Shown here: one piece after another, positions 20,787-31,303 of the stretch
Position numbering within the stretch: position 1 is the first letter of the stretch
Layout: every line of letters begins with the position of its first letter
Source of the DNA: Candidatus Poribacteria bacterium
GTDB lineage: Bacteria > Poribacteria > WGA-4E > GCA-2687025
Assembly (NCBI GenBank): GCA_963665845.2
Contig: OY762492.1
Span: 2,208,001-2,272,000 of the forward strand
Reading direction: 5' to 3'
Length of the DNA: 64,000 nucleotides
Made by a program: the position numbers and the translations under genes
Notes under the pieces: model-generated
Told to the model about the DNA's origin: nothing
Databases searched by the model: none
What the model saw: the letters and a program-made list of their open reading frames with translations, nothing else

Positions 20787-20878
20787 GCGCGGGAATGACG
20801 AGGAGGAGCGCGGGAATGACGAGGAGGAGCGCGGGAATGACGAGGAGGAGCGCGGGAATGACGAGGAGGAGCGCGGGA
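20787..20878. repeat. 21-bp tandem repeat x4
   Basis: GCGCGGGAATGACGAGGAGGA repeated perfectly. Confidence 0.9.
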
Positions 20879-20955
20879 GAACCGCTTTCTTTGACGATTC
20901 CAGCCGCATGTGGCAAAATAACCTCCAAACGCTGTCGCTCAATAGACTGGAAACT

Positions 20956-22593
20956 ATGCGCATATCCCGTCATCTCGTTCCATTTGACACGCGGCGCCTT
21001 CAGCGCATCGAAACCGATGTTCTGATTGTCGGAAGCGGAAATGCGGGGCTGCGCGCCGCCATCGAAGCCAGCGGCGAAGGTTCCGTTCTACTCCTCTCAA
21101 AAGAAAACATCAACGAAGGCGCCACGCGGTACGCTCAAGGCGGCATCGCCGTCGTCATGAACAAAGGGGACACCATCGAAGCGCATGTGCGCGACACGCT
21201 GGACGCCGGCGCGGGATTGTGCCGCCGCCCGGTTGTACAAACGCTGGTCAAGGAAGGGGTTGACCGAGTCGTTGAGCTGCTCGAATGGGGCGCCGAATTT
21301 GACCGCGGCAAAGAGGGGCTTGCATTCGGCTTAGAGGGCGCGCACAGCGTCCGAAGGGTCGCGCACAAGGGCGACTCCACCGGCGAAGAGATGCAGTCCG
21401 CGCTTGTCAAAAAAGCGCTCTCGCATCCGAACGTCTCGGTCCTAGAACACACCTTCGCCATCGATCTGCTCACCGACGGCGGCGCGTGCGTCGGCGCCTT
21501 GACGCTGCGTCCCGACGGCGAACTGACCGCCGTATTCGCCAAGGCGACGATACTCGCCGCGGGCGGATTGGGGCAGCTTTACCAACGCACCTCCAACCCC
21601 GCCGTCGCGACGGGGGACGGAATGGCGATGGCGTTTCGCGCGGGCGCGGCGCTGACCGACATGGAGTTCATCCAGTTTCACCCGACCGCGCTGTCTATGG
21701 ACGGCAAGCCCGCCTTTCTGATCTCGGAGGCGGCGCGCGGCGAAGGCGGAAAACTGCTCAACATACGCGGCGAACGGTTCATGATCGCCTACGACGAACG
21801 GGAGGAACTGGCGCCGCGCGACATCGTCGCAAGGGCGATACTGGCAGAGACGGCGCGGACGCAAAACCCATGCGTCTATCTAGACCTGACGCGCCATAGC
21901 CAAGAGTTTTTAGAGAAACGTTTCCCGAACATACTCCGAACGCTCCGCTCCTACGGCGTTGAGATATGGCGCGATGTGATACCCGTTCAGGCGGCGGCGC
22001 ATTTCATGATGGGCGGCGTATGGACAGACCGGCGCGGGCGAACGAGCCTGCCGAACCTGTTTGCGTGCGGCGAAGCGGCATGCAGTATGGCGCACGGGGC
22101 GAACCGCCTCGCCAGCAATTCGCTTTTGGAGGGGCTTGTGTTTGGCAGAAGGGCGGGGCGCAGCGCCGTCAAGGCGGCGAAGCGGTATGAGGGGGACGTA
22201 TCAAAGCCGCTGTCGACAGACGCCTCGGAGACGCCGGCAGCGGCGGACGGCGCGCCGGAATTGCGGTCGCAGCTTCAGCAGCGTATGTGGGAAGAGGCGG
22301 GCATTTTGCGCTCGGAAGAGAGTCTTGAGCGCGTTTTGGAGGCGTTTGAAACGATGCCGTTGAGCGGCGGAGCGAACCGCGCCGACGTCGAATACAGCAA
22401 CCTGCGCATTTTGGGAGAGTTGTCGGCGCGGGCGGCTCTGGCGCGGGTGGAATCGCGCGGGGCGCATTATCGGCTAGACCGCCCCGAACGCGACGACGCC
22501 AACTGGAAACGGCGCGTTTACTTCACCCGCGCCGAAAACGGAGCGGTCAACATGCGCGTCAGCCGACACAAGCCTGAAGGAGAAGACGGATGA
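20956..22593 (+). CDS. nadB: L-aspartate oxidase
   Basis: GSGNAGL, TRYAQGGIA, EGAHS, MEFIQFHPT, LISEAARGEG, ELAPRDIVAR, HGANRLASNSLLEG, ESRGAH. Confidence 0.93.
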   Translation: MRISRHLVPFDTRRLQRIETDVLIVGSGNAGLRAAIEASGEGSVLLLSKENINEGATRYAQGGIAVVMNKGDTIEAHVRDTLDAGAGLCRRPVVQTLVKEGVDRVVELLEWGAEFDRGKEGLAFGLEGAHSVRRVAHKGDSTGEEMQSALVKKALSHPNVSVLEHTFAIDLLTDGGACVGALTLRPDGELTAVFAKATILAAGGLGQLYQRTSNPAVATGDGMAMAFRAGAALTDMEFIQFHPTALSMDGKPAFLISEAARGEGGKLLNIRGERFMIAYDEREELAPRDIVARAILAETARTQNPCVYLDLTRHSQEFLEKRFPNILRTLRSYGVEIWRDVIPVQAAAHFMMGGVWTDRRGRTSLPNLFACGEAACSMAHGANRLASNSLLEGLVFGRRAGRSAVKAAKRYEGDVSKPLSTDASETPAAADGAPELRSQLQQRMWEEAGILRSEESLERVLEAFETMPLSGGANRADVEYSNLRILGELSARAALARVESRGAHYRLDRPERDDANWKRRVYFTRAENGAVNMRVSRHKPEGEDG

Positions 22594-23387
22594 CGGTCGC
22601 TTGCAGTTCGCTTTGTTTTTCGCAGCAGTCGTTTGAGCGCGCGTGCAGCCACATGGCGCGCATGGGTTTCAAGGCGGTGGATGTGGCCGTTCTTCAGGGC
22701 TGGGCGCACTTTAGCCCCAATGAGCTGGCGGACGATCTGGACGCGCATGTGAAAAGCGCGCGGGAGGCGATGGCGGCGGCGGGGTTGAAAGCGGCCGCCC
22801 TGAACGCCAGCGCCGGCGCGAGCGACCGCAAAACGGAGACGAAGCGGTTCAAGGCGATCTGCGACTTTGCGAACGCCTTGGAGGCGCCTGTCATCTGTTA
22901 CGGGGCGCCGCTGCGCATCATCGAGTATGAAAAAACGTTGTGGCGGTACGGACCGCTGCTTGAAACGGCGCAGAAAGCGGGCGTTACGCTGGCGGTGGAG
23001 GCGCATGCGCGGACGCTTTTAGAGATGCCGGAGGATGCCGCAAAGTTCTGCGCCGACCTGGAAGGCATGCGGTTGACGCTTGACCCTAGCCATATGTGGG
23101 CGGGCGAAAATCAGGGCGGCCCGTTCGATGAGATCTACCCGTACGTGTCGCACACGCACTGGCGCGACAGCGGGGACGTCTGGGAGCAGTGCCAGGTTCC
23201 GGCGCGGGAGGGGGTCGTCGATTTTGCGAGCGTGTTGAAGAGCTTGTATGACACAGGCTACCGCGGCGCCTATTCGGTGGAGTATATCGACACCTTTCCA
23301 AACGGCGGAGAACGGAACATTTTGACGATGAAGCGGCTTCTGGACGAATGGGTGCGGCTTGTGGAGAGGACGATTTCGGAGTCTTGA
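22590..23387 (+). CDS. Sugar phosphate isomerase/epimerase (TIM barrel)
   Basis: LAVEAH, LTLDPSH, HTHWRD, YSVEY. Confidence 0.85.
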   Translation: MTVACSSLCFSQQSFERACSHMARMGFKAVDVAVLQGWAHFSPNELADDLDAHVKSAREAMAAAGLKAAALNASAGASDRKTETKRFKAICDFANALEAPVICYGAPLRIIEYEKTLWRYGPLLETAQKAGVTLAVEAHARTLLEMPEDAAKFCADLEGMRLTLDPSHMWAGENQGGPFDEIYPYVSHTHWRDSGDVWEQCQVPAREGVVDFASVLKSLYDTGYRGAYSVEYIDTFPNGGERNILTMKRLLDEWVRLVERTISES

Positions 23388-23404
23388 CGTTGCCGCGCCG
23401 AATT

Positions 23405-23590
23405 TCCCTCCCCCTTGAAAAAGGGGCGCGCGTCCGATTCCCCCCTTGAAAAGGGGGCTAGGGGGGGTTTAAAGGGGGGCGCGGCGGCTGCGATGCCTTA
23501 AGATTCCCGCTTACGCGGGAATGACGATCTGACGCGCGGGCGGGAATGACGATTTGACGAGCGGGCGGGAATGACGATCTGACGAACGCG
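23405..23590. repeat. REP cluster with short tandem units
   Basis: CCCCCTTGAAAAGGGGG hairpins plus GCGGGAATGACGAT(C/T)TGACG x3. Confidence 0.75.
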
Positions 23591-23618
23591 CGGGCGGATT
23601 TAGGGCGTTAAGCGCCTT

Positions 23619-24548
23619 TCAACGGAAAAACGGATCCGGCTTCGACTCCTCCTCCAGCCAGGCGTCCAGCCGCGCTTTTTTGGTACGCCTGCGCCGCCAG
23701 TGCGCGATCAGAAAAATCGGCGTGAAAAAGGAGCCGACCGCCAACGCGCCCCCGATCACCGGCAGCCAGTGGTAACCGGACGACGCCGACTCTTTCCATT
23801 CGTCCGCATATACGTCGACCGACATGCCGAAGACGGTCTCAAAGGCGTCTTCAAAGTCCTCGCCGCGCTGGAGACGCGCCAGCAAGGTTTTCAGCTGCGT
23901 AAAAGAGTGGTCATGAACAAGCCTGCGCACCGCGCTGAACGACTCCACATACGCCAGATGCGCCCGCCCCGCTTCGCTCGGAAACGCCTCGTCGAGGCTT
24001 GTCAGCGGGATCATCGACCGAAACAGCGCGTTGGAAAGCAGCGTCCACCGATGCATGAGCGTCCACGGTTCCGAGACATACATGGCGAACCCTTCATGGA
24101 ACCAGAGCGGCGCCTCCATCGCCTTGCCGCCGATGAGCGCGCCCAAGGCGAGATGCGCCGTTTCGTGCCGCGCGATGCGTTCCAGCTCCTCGTACCGCTG
24201 CTGCCCTTTCGGTTGAAGGATCGCCATTTCGCCTTTTAGCGGGAACGCGAACCCCTGCGCCCAGTCGCGTATCGGCGCCTGCGCGAGCGATTTGAATCGA
24301 TCTGGGGACTGCGCGATCCAGACGCGAAACGGGCGTTTCAGCTCAATATCGTAATGCGCGGCGATTTCGTCAAACAGCTCCTGCGAGACCTTGAGCGCTC
24401 TCCGCGCCGCCATGTCGTCCGTTTCATAGCTCAAATGAAAATGCTCGCTCTCCAGCGTTTTCCATTCAACCTGCGCGAACAGCGGAAAAGCCGTCAGCGC
24501 CGTCCAAATAAACGCAAGCGCGATGGGCAAGTTTCTACGCGGCCGCAT
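23619..24548 (-). CDS. Peptidase MA-like zinc metalloprotein, membrane-anchored
   Basis: HETAH (HExxH), PLWFHEGFA, LAYVES; signal peptide and C-terminal TM. Confidence 0.82.
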   Translation of the reverse strand: MRPRRNLPIALAFIWTALTAFPLFAQVEWKTLESEHFHLSYETDDMAARRALKVSQELFDEIAAHYDIELKRPFRVWIAQSPDRFKSLAQAPIRDWAQGFAFPLKGEMAILQPKGQQRYEELERIARHETAHLALGALIGGKAMEAPLWFHEGFAMYVSEPWTLMHRWTLLSNALFRSMIPLTSLDEAFPSEAGRAHLAYVESFSAVRRLVHDHSFTQLKTLLARLQRGEDFEDAFETVFGMSVDVYADEWKESASSGYHWLPVIGGALAVGSFFTPIFLIAHWRRRRTKKARLDAWLEEESKPDPFFR

Positions 24549-24619
24549 AAGGTTCCGCCCTGTTTGTTTAAAATGCCGGCATATGCTATATTACCACAGG
24601 TTGAGAAGGGAGGGGCGGA

Positions 24620-25450
24620 ATGGCATTCACGCGCCAAGAAATGATAGAGCGGCTGCGCGCCGTTTTAGCGGAGGGAAAGGCGGTCATCGGAGGCGGCGCC
24701 GGGACCGGCATCTCGGCAAAATGCGCCCAAGCCGCCGGCATTGACCTGATCATCATTTACAACAGCGGGCGGTTTCGCATGGCGGGGCGCGGCTCGCTGT
24801 CGGGGATGCAGCCGTACGGCGACGCGAACGCGATTGTGGTGGAGATGGCGCGGGAGGTTCTGCCGGTCGCGCGCCAAACGCCTGTACTGGCGGGCGTCTG
24901 CGGCACCGATCCGTTTCGTTTGATGGATGTCTTTTTCCGCGAATTGAAAGCGATCGGCTTTTCGGGCGTTCAGAATTTCCCGACGGTCGGCATCATCGAC
25001 GGCGTGTACCGCGCCAACCTTGAGGAGACGAACATGGGTTACGACCTTGAGGTGGAGATGGTCGCCGAGGCGCGGCGGCAAGACCTGTTCACGGCGCCGT
25101 ATGTGTTCAACGAACAGGAGGCGGCGGCGATGGCGGAAGCGGGCGGCGATCTGCTCGTCGCGCATATGGGCTTGACGACAAAAGGCTCCATCGGCGCGCA
25201 GACCGCGTTCACGCTGGACGAAGCGGTGGAGCGCGTTCAGGCGATTCATGACGCGGCGAAGGCGGTTCGTGACGATGTGATGGTCATCTGCCACGGCGGA
25301 CCGATCGCGGAGCCTGAAGACGCGCGGTATGTTCTGGACCGGACGGAGGGCGTCGTCGGCTTTTTCGGCGCGTCGTCCATCGAACGGCTGCCGACCGAAC
25401 GGGCGCTGACGGAGCAGGTTCGGCGGTTTAAAGAGCTTGCGTTGAGTTAA
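24620..25450 (+). CDS. Phosphoenolpyruvate hydrolase-like TIM-barrel protein
   Basis: [57 protein letters not shown]. Confidence 0.9.
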   Translation: MAFTRQEMIERLRAVLAEGKAVIGGGAGTGISAKCAQAAGIDLIIIYNSGRFRMAGRGSLSGMQPYGDANAIVVEMAREVLPVARQTPVLAGVCGTDPFRLMDVFFRELKAIGFSGVQNFPTVGIIDGVYRANLEETNMGYDLEVEMVAEARRQDLFTAPYVFNEQEAAAMAEAGGDLLVAHMGLTTKGSIGAQTAFTLDEAVERVQAIHDAAKAVRDDVMVICHGGPIAEPEDARYVLDRTEGVVGFFGASSIERLPTERALTEQVRRFKELALS

Positions 25451-25573
25451 GGCGGACGGTTCGGCGCTGCCGCTTTGCGCCTCAAACGGCGTTCATCATT
25501 TGTCGACCATCTATGAACGACAAAACCGTTTGCCGATCATATTTGCTCAAAAATGAACGACAAACGCCGGCGG

Positions 25574-26689
25574 TCATCGAATATAGGGGTCCCCCATAAT
25601 GTTCAGCAGTTTGGGAAAATAGTAGACCGTCGCTTGTTGTCCGCGCGCTTTTAATAACGGTTCAATAATGTTGTCGTCGCGCAGGATGCGAAGAATTCGC
25701 CGGGCGGACGTTTCAGGAATGCCGGCGCCGGCGATAAAGTTCCGGCTGGAAAAAATAGGAAACTGAAAAAGCCGCTTCAAAGCATGAACGGCGTATTTTG
25801 AGCGCGTTATCTTGGGAATGCGGAATTCCATGACGTTATATAATTCAAGGATCGCTTTCACTTTTCCCAAATCATGCTTTGCCTGCGCTTGAATTGCCAG
25901 CAGAAAAAAGCGTATCCACCCTGTCCAATCGTCGTCGCGCGAGACAGCAAGCAGCCTTTCATAGTAATCTTCTCGATGCGTCTCCAAATAGGCGCTGATG
26001 TAGAATGCGGGCGCATGGATGAGTCCGCGTTTCCATAAGAAGAGCGGAACGATCAGCCGACCCAGTCTTCCGTTTCCGTCTAGGAACGGGTGCAGCGCTT
26101 CAAATTCGGCGTGGATAACAGCGATCTGCGCCAACGGGTCGGGCGCGTCGGCATGGAGATATTTTTCCCATGCGCTCATCGCGTCGGGAAGCTTCGCTGC
26201 GGAGATGGGAACATACCGCGCGTTTTCAATAGTGGCGCCTGCAGCCCCAATAAAGTTTTGGATGCGCCGAAATTCGCCGGGGTCTTTGCCGCGTCCGCGC
26301 GCGCCCGACAGAAGCGTACGGTGGGCGTCTTTCAACACCCGCAGGCACAAGGGCAGCGTCTCCAGCGCCTCTTCCGCCTGACGCAGCGCGTCTCGGTAGT
26401 TAATGACCTCTTGCGCGTCGTCTCTTTTCGCGACGGAATCGGGTTCAATGCCCGCTTCAAATTCCAGCGCATCCTGCATTGTCGCTTGGGTACCCTCAAT
26501 GCGCGACGACATGTCCGCTTCATACATGATCAAGGTGGAGCGCAGCAACTGGGCGTTCGGCGCGGAAGCGAGCGCCTCGTCATACCGCGCGAGAGCGGCG
26601 GCGGCTTGCCCGATGTAAGGTACCAGACTCGCCCAGTCAATGCGGTCGTCCGGAGGGAACGCTCCTTCTTGGTAATGGACAGCCGTCAT
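25574..26689 (-). CDS. Fic family protein (AMP transferase) with C-terminal HTH
   Basis: SSRIEGT inhibitory motif; HPFLDGNGRLGR. Confidence 0.93.
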   Translation of the reverse strand: MTAVHYQEGAFPPDDRIDWASLVPYIGQAAAALARYDEALASAPNAQLLRSTLIMYEADMSSRIEGTQATMQDALEFEAGIEPDSVAKRDDAQEVINYRDALRQAEEALETLPLCLRVLKDAHRTLLSGARGRGKDPGEFRRIQNFIGAAGATIENARYVPISAAKLPDAMSAWEKYLHADAPDPLAQIAVIHAEFEALHPFLDGNGRLGRLIVPLFLWKRGLIHAPAFYISAYLETHREDYYERLLAVSRDDDWTGWIRFFLLAIQAQAKHDLGKVKAILELYNVMEFRIPKITRSKYAVHALKRLFQFPIFSSRNFIAGAGIPETSARRILRILRDDNIIEPLLKARGQQATVYYFPKLLNIMGDPYIR

Positions 26690-26722
26690 CGTTTTTCTCC
26701 AAAGACGAGCGCATGATGCGTT

Positions 26723-27862
26723 TCATTCATGCATGATGAGAGAGAGGTTGCGCGGCCGCCGCAATTCATAACCTTTGCCGGCGCGGTAGATGTCGCCGTC
26801 TAGGCTGATGGGGCGGCGCTCCTCAAAAGCCCTGACGACCGCTTTGAAGGACGGCGCTTCAAATACGACGTTCAAACGCATCGGCTTTCCGTTGCGCACA
26901 CAGGAGATCGCCGCTCTGCCGTCAAATTCTTCGGGTTCCCGCTCCAATTTGACAACCCATGCGACGACCTTTTCATCTAGAAACGGCTCGTTTCTTCTGA
27001 AATAATCGGCAGCTTGCTTCAAGACATCCGCGGAATGTTCTGTAAATTGAAATCGCGTCGGGTCAGTTCCCGGCATATATTCTCCCGCCCATGAGACACG
27101 TACGACGATTCCTTTCCATAGGTACGTCAAGGCAGCCAGAGAGTCGCACAGGTTGGCGCTGACGCCATGGCCGGCGGCTTGTTGGAACGGATCCATCGAT
27201 TCGGTTTTGTTTGCCGCCTGGATTGCCTTGTCCGCATGAGTCAACGCCTCCGCCAGTTTGAGCGTCGCTTGTCGGGGGAACGAGATTAAGCCGTCCGCAT
27301 ACTCCGTAAACAAAGCCCCTGCAGCATACAACGGCGAAATGAGCGTGAGAGAGTCGCCAACGCCGAAATACCGGGACGCGCGGACAAGGTTCAGATACTC
27401 GCTCACCAAGACGCTTGGACGGCCGCGGTAAACAGGCTGCGGCTTTTCGACGGCGCGCGCCGCCGAGGCGAACAGATTGCGCGCTTCTTCCAATAAGTCC
27501 GACTCTTGACGCAGCGAAAGCGCCCCTTGAGCTCCAGCGCCGCCTTCCTCTCTGAACGCATGCATATGGACAAAATCGTAACCGGCAATAGAGATTTCTT
27601 CATAAACGTCCAGCTGCGAACGCTCCTCCGCCTCGGCGAGCGCCGAAACCGCTTCGCCTATCCGCGCTGGATAGTCTGGGGCGGTGTCTTTGTGCGGGAC
27701 GATGATGTGCCAGCTGCGCCCATCCCGTTCAAAAGTAAAAAGGGAGGCGGGGCGTTTTCCCCATTGACCTTCGTCTTTCCATCCGCGGCATTTTAGATAC
27801 ATCCGCAGGCTGCGCAGCGAAAGCTTCGCTAAAGCGTCTAGATCGCGTATTTGAACGAGCAT
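26723..27862 (-). CDS. Hypothetical protein, coupled downstream of DUF4365 gene
   Basis: 379-aa ORF starting 2 nt after the DUF4365 stop; GVSANLCDSL motif; possible C-terminal OB-like strands. Confidence 0.7.
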   Translation of the reverse strand: MLVQIRDLDALAKLSLRSLRMYLKCRGWKDEGQWGKRPASLFTFERDGRSWHIIVPHKDTAPDYPARIGEAVSALAEAEERSQLDVYEEISIAGYDFVHMHAFREEGGAGAQGALSLRQESDLLEEARNLFASAARAVEKPQPVYRGRPSVLVSEYLNLVRASRYFGVGDSLTLISPLYAAGALFTEYADGLISFPRQATLKLAEALTHADKAIQAANKTESMDPFQQAAGHGVSANLCDSLAALTYLWKGIVVRVSWAGEYMPGTDPTRFQFTEHSADVLKQAADYFRRNEPFLDEKVVAWVVKLEREPEEFDGRAAISCVRNGKPMRLNVVFEAPSFKAVVRAFEERRPISLDGDIYRAGKGYELRRPRNLSLIMHE

Positions 27863-27864
27863 GG

Positions 27865-28350
27865 CTATTCTCCTTCAGAATGGATGCGACTCCACAACTT
27901 ATTAAGGAGCGCGACATCAAAGATGTTGTCAACAGGCAGAATGACCGTGACAGAGCGGACATTCTGCGTCGGCGGCATGCCCTCAAGAGACGCCCAGTAG
28001 CAGCAATGGCGCATGCGCAACTCGTCATGGGTTTGGTTCAGTCTCTCAGTCGCGTTTTTCGGCGTCAGCATGACAATCAATATGCGCGGCGCAGCAGGAT
28101 CTACGATGCGCAGGTCGTTGTAATCTTTGACAGACAGCGGATAATGCAAGCCGTCGTCCCGCATAATGTCGTCCGCCGTCGATTTCAGCTGATATTCTAT
28201 TACAGGGCGGTTTCCGAGTTCGGACATCAACATGCCGTCAATGCTTTTTCTCGGCGGATAAATGTTGTCAACCACATTCCATCCAGCCTGAGCCGCCACA
28301 GCCCGCACATACGCAACGGACAACTGCTCCATTTGTTGTTCAGGGGTCAT
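27865..28350 (-). CDS. DUF4365 (PD-(D/E)xK-like nuclease) protein
   Basis: EQLSVAYVRAVAAQAG, SIDG...YQLKST, YNDLR, PRILIV, YWASL. Confidence 0.8.
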   Translation of the reverse strand: MTPEQQMEQLSVAYVRAVAAQAGWNVVDNIYPPRKSIDGMLMSELGNRPVIEYQLKSTADDIMRDDGLHYPLSVKDYNDLRIVDPAAPRILIVMLTPKNATERLNQTHDELRMRHCCYWASLEGMPPTQNVRSVTVILPVDNIFDVALLNKLWSRIHSEGE

Positions 28351-28500
28351 CGTTGTGAAACCGCTCCTCCGCCCGCTTTATTCACGCCATGCAATTTTAG
28401 GGCGCGGCAAGGCAGTTGTCAATAGGCGGGCGGCGGCCGTTCGCAGCGTTCAAAGAGCGTATCGCCGTTTGCTGTTCATATTTCTCAAAAGTGAAGGCGG

Positions 28501-29766
28501 TTATCCGTTAGGCGGCTGCTGGTTGCCTTTAGCGATAATCTCTTGCCGCCGCTTGATCCATCCCTTGTCGGTCAGCAGTTTGATCAGCTCCTCCTGAGAC
28601 TTGGCGCCTTTATGCGCGTTGCAGGACCCGCACAGCAGCTGCAGGTTGCTGATATGGTCGTTCCCGCCATTCGCGCGCGGGATGATATGATCCACCTGAA
28701 AATGCCGCGGCTCAAAATGCGTCCCGCAAGCGGTACAGTAACCGCCCTGCTCACCGTATAGATAACGGCGGTTCTCGGCGCAGTTGTATTTCGGGATTTT
28801 GCCTAAGTCGGTACGTTTCGGTATGTCGGTTCGATGCGCGCCTCGATACATCAGCCCGACCTCCTCCTGCAGACGCGACTTTACAAGATCCGCCGCCTTC
28901 TCGGAGATGTCGATGCCGACCCATTCCCGCTGGAGCTGTTCAGCGGCGACGCAGGTCGTCGCGCAGCCGCAGAACGGATCCAACACCATGCCGCCCTCGT
29001 TCGATGACGCCTCAATAACGCGGCGCAAGAGAGCCAGCGGCTTCTGCGTCGGATAGCCTGTCCGCTCTTTTTTTAGTCTTGCGACAGGCGTAATGTCGCT
29101 CCACCAGTCCTCTACCACTTTGCCCTCATCGCTCAGGCGCGCCGATTGTTTGAAAATGCCCTGCGTCTTTCCCGTATCCAGCTTCACATAGGGAACGCGA
29201 ACTGCGTTTCTATTGAAGGCGGCGTCGTCGGAATTGGCATAAAATAAAATCACATCATGCTTGCGGGGAAACCATCGGCGCGTGTTAGACGGCCCCGTGT
29301 ATGCCCAGACCACCTCATTTCTAAAATTCGCCTTCCCGAAAACCGAGTCCATCAGCAGTTTCAGATAATGGCTCGCGGTCGGGTCGCAATGGAGGTAGAT
29401 GGAGCCGTCCGGTTTCAGAACCCTGCGCATTTCCATGATGCGGATCGACATGTAGATCAGGTAGCTCTTCATGGAGGCGCCGTGGATGTCGCGCGTCGCG
29501 GTCAGCAGCGCATAGAGGCCTGGGTATTCATGCTTGATTTCGCCGTGCCAGACCAGTTTGACATCGTCCAGCCCCCAGGTGTCTTTGAAGGCGGCGCCCG
29601 CCGCTTTGCTTCCGATGGGAGCGGCGTAGTTCGCCTTGCTGTTGAACGGCGGATCGAGATAAATCAGGTCAACGCTGTCGGAGTTCATGCCGCGCATGAT
29701 GTCCAGGTTGTCGCCTGTCCAGATCGTCTGCGAGGCGAAGTTAGCGGCGCGCGTTTCTTGTTTCAT
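28501..29766 (-). CDS. DNA methyltransferase (beta class) fused to C-terminal HNH endonuclease
   Basis: DPPF, YPTQKP, DPFCGC; C-terminal CTAC..VDHIIP..GG...NLQLLCGSCN. Confidence 0.9.
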   Translation of the reverse strand: MKQETRAANFASQTIWTGDNLDIMRGMNSDSVDLIYLDPPFNSKANYAAPIGSKAAGAAFKDTWGLDDVKLVWHGEIKHEYPGLYALLTATRDIHGASMKSYLIYMSIRIMEMRRVLKPDGSIYLHCDPTASHYLKLLMDSVFGKANFRNEVVWAYTGPSNTRRWFPRKHDVILFYANSDDAAFNRNAVRVPYVKLDTGKTQGIFKQSARLSDEGKVVEDWWSDITPVARLKKERTGYPTQKPLALLRRVIEASSNEGGMVLDPFCGCATTCVAAEQLQREWVGIDISEKAADLVKSRLQEEVGLMYRGAHRTDIPKRTDLGKIPKYNCAENRRYLYGEQGGYCTACGTHFEPRHFQVDHIIPRANGGNDHISNLQLLCGSCNAHKGAKSQEELIKLLTDKGWIKRRQEIIAKGNQQPPNG

Positions 29767-29892
29767 CCGTCCTCCTGCAAAAGCGCAACTGACCCTGACG
29801 CTTTCATGTTACATGAATGCCCGAAATTGCGCAAACAGAGCCGTCTGTAAAGAAGAATGCCGTCTAACGGATAAACCCGCCACGGGCCTTCG

Positions 29893-30981
29893 TCATGGCG
29901 CCTCCCAGCCCTCCAAAGGATGCCGCCGATCCGTCAGCGGAAGCGCGACCCGCCCATGACGATGCGCCGCATAAACCCCAAGAATCATCTCCATTGACCA
30001 GCGCGCGTTTCGTCCGCTGCACATCGGCTCCCGATCCTCGCCTGCCGCCTGAATCAGATCCTGCACAAGCGGCTTGTTCAGCTCCACAACCCCCTTGCTC
30101 TGCGACGGATGCCCGACCACAACCCACTCATCCGCCGACGGCGGCGGAGACAAACAGCCATGCGGATACAAAGCGAGCCGATCGCAGCGGTAATCCAGAA
30201 CGCCCTCGCTTCCCTGAATCTGAACGCCCATCGACCGATTTCCGAAATGAGAACCCTCCCGACGAGAACGGAACGTCCCGACAATGCCGCTGTCAAAAAG
30301 GTAGGTCGCGCGCAGATGATCGCCCGCTATTAGCCCGACCTGCTCATCCCCCTGCCGCGCGTCCCCAGGGCCGACGGGGCGTCCGCCTTCCAGAACGACG
30401 GCGCTCACGCTCACAGGGTCGCCGCCGAAGAGGCGCATCAGATCGAAAATGTGCGTTCCGAGGATCATCAGATCAAGCCCGCCGCCGCGATGGTCTTGCT
30501 TTCCAAAGCCATGCAGCTCGCGGATTTCGCCGACGGCTCCGTCCTCGATCATCTCCTGCGCCGTTTGAATGAACGGATGCGCTCGGTTTTGGTGGGCGAC
30601 CGCGATTTTGACGCCGTTTCGCTCGCAGGCGTCCAGCATCGCGTCCGCGTCCTCTGGCGTTTGCGAAAACGGCTTCTCGCAGTAAATGCCGCGTATGCCC
30701 GATTCGGCGGCGGCGACGACCATCTCCCTGCGTTCGCCGACCCAGCGCGGACAAACGCTCACGAAGTCGAGCGTTTCGTTGTGGAGCATCTGTCGATAGT
30801 CGGCGTAGCGGCTTTTCTGGGGGACGCCGAGGCGGTCTCCCGCCGCTTTCAATCCGCCGGGGTTGGCGTCCGCGACCGCCGCGATGTCGGCTCCGTCGAT
30901 GGAGAGCCAGACCGTGTCGAGACCATGTCCGTAGTTGCCGCTGCCTGTGTGTCCGATGACGCCGATTCGATAGGTTGCCAT
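29893..30981 (-). CDS. Gfo/Idh/MocA oxidoreductase
   Basis: IGVIG Rossmann fold, YCEKP, LGTHIFD. Confidence 0.9.
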   Translation of the reverse strand: MATYRIGVIGHTGSGNYGHGLDTVWLSIDGADIAAVADANPGGLKAAGDRLGVPQKSRYADYRQMLHNETLDFVSVCPRWVGERREMVVAAAESGIRGIYCEKPFSQTPEDADAMLDACERNGVKIAVAHQNRAHPFIQTAQEMIEDGAVGEIRELHGFGKQDHRGGGLDLMILGTHIFDLMRLFGGDPVSVSAVVLEGGRPVGPGDARQGDEQVGLIAGDHLRATYLFDSGIVGTFRSRREGSHFGNRSMGVQIQGSEGVLDYRCDRLALYPHGCLSPPPSADEWVVVGHPSQSKGVVELNKPLVQDLIQAAGEDREPMCSGRNARWSMEMILGVYAAHRHGRVALPLTDRRHPLEGWEAP

Positions 30982-31046
30982 GCGTTCGCCTTTCGGTTGT
31001 TTCTTAGGGCGATTGTCGCGCAAATGGGCGAAATTGGAAAGTGGGC

Positions 31047-31234
31047 TGATCTTACGTCTTTAGTTGGGACATGTCGGCATGCGAATGCGGACGTCTTCTG
31101 CAACGCCTCTAGATTCCCGCTTACGCGGGAATGCATGTCCTCGCGTAAGCGGGGGACGGTTTGGTTGGCGGCGCCTTTTTCCCATGAATAGAGCGATCGT
31201 CGGTTCAAATGTCCCAACTTTAGACATGAGGTCA
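31047..31234. repeat. MITE-like element family 1, clearest copy
   Basis: TGATCTTACGTCTTTAGTTGGGACAT ... ATGTCCCAACTTTAGACATGAGGTCA imperfect ~26-bp inverted ends. Confidence 0.7.
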
Positions 31235-31303
31235 ACGCGTTGCCCCCTTCCGCCGGGTATGGTATGCTGGCGCGGCATACCCGTAACAGAGACTGGAGTC
31301 AAC

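Noticed and set aside
20785-20955. N-terminal RGNDEEE repeats on NadB in the ORF track
   Set aside because: They come from translating the intergenic 21-bp tandem repeat; NadB-like sequence begins at ATG 20956
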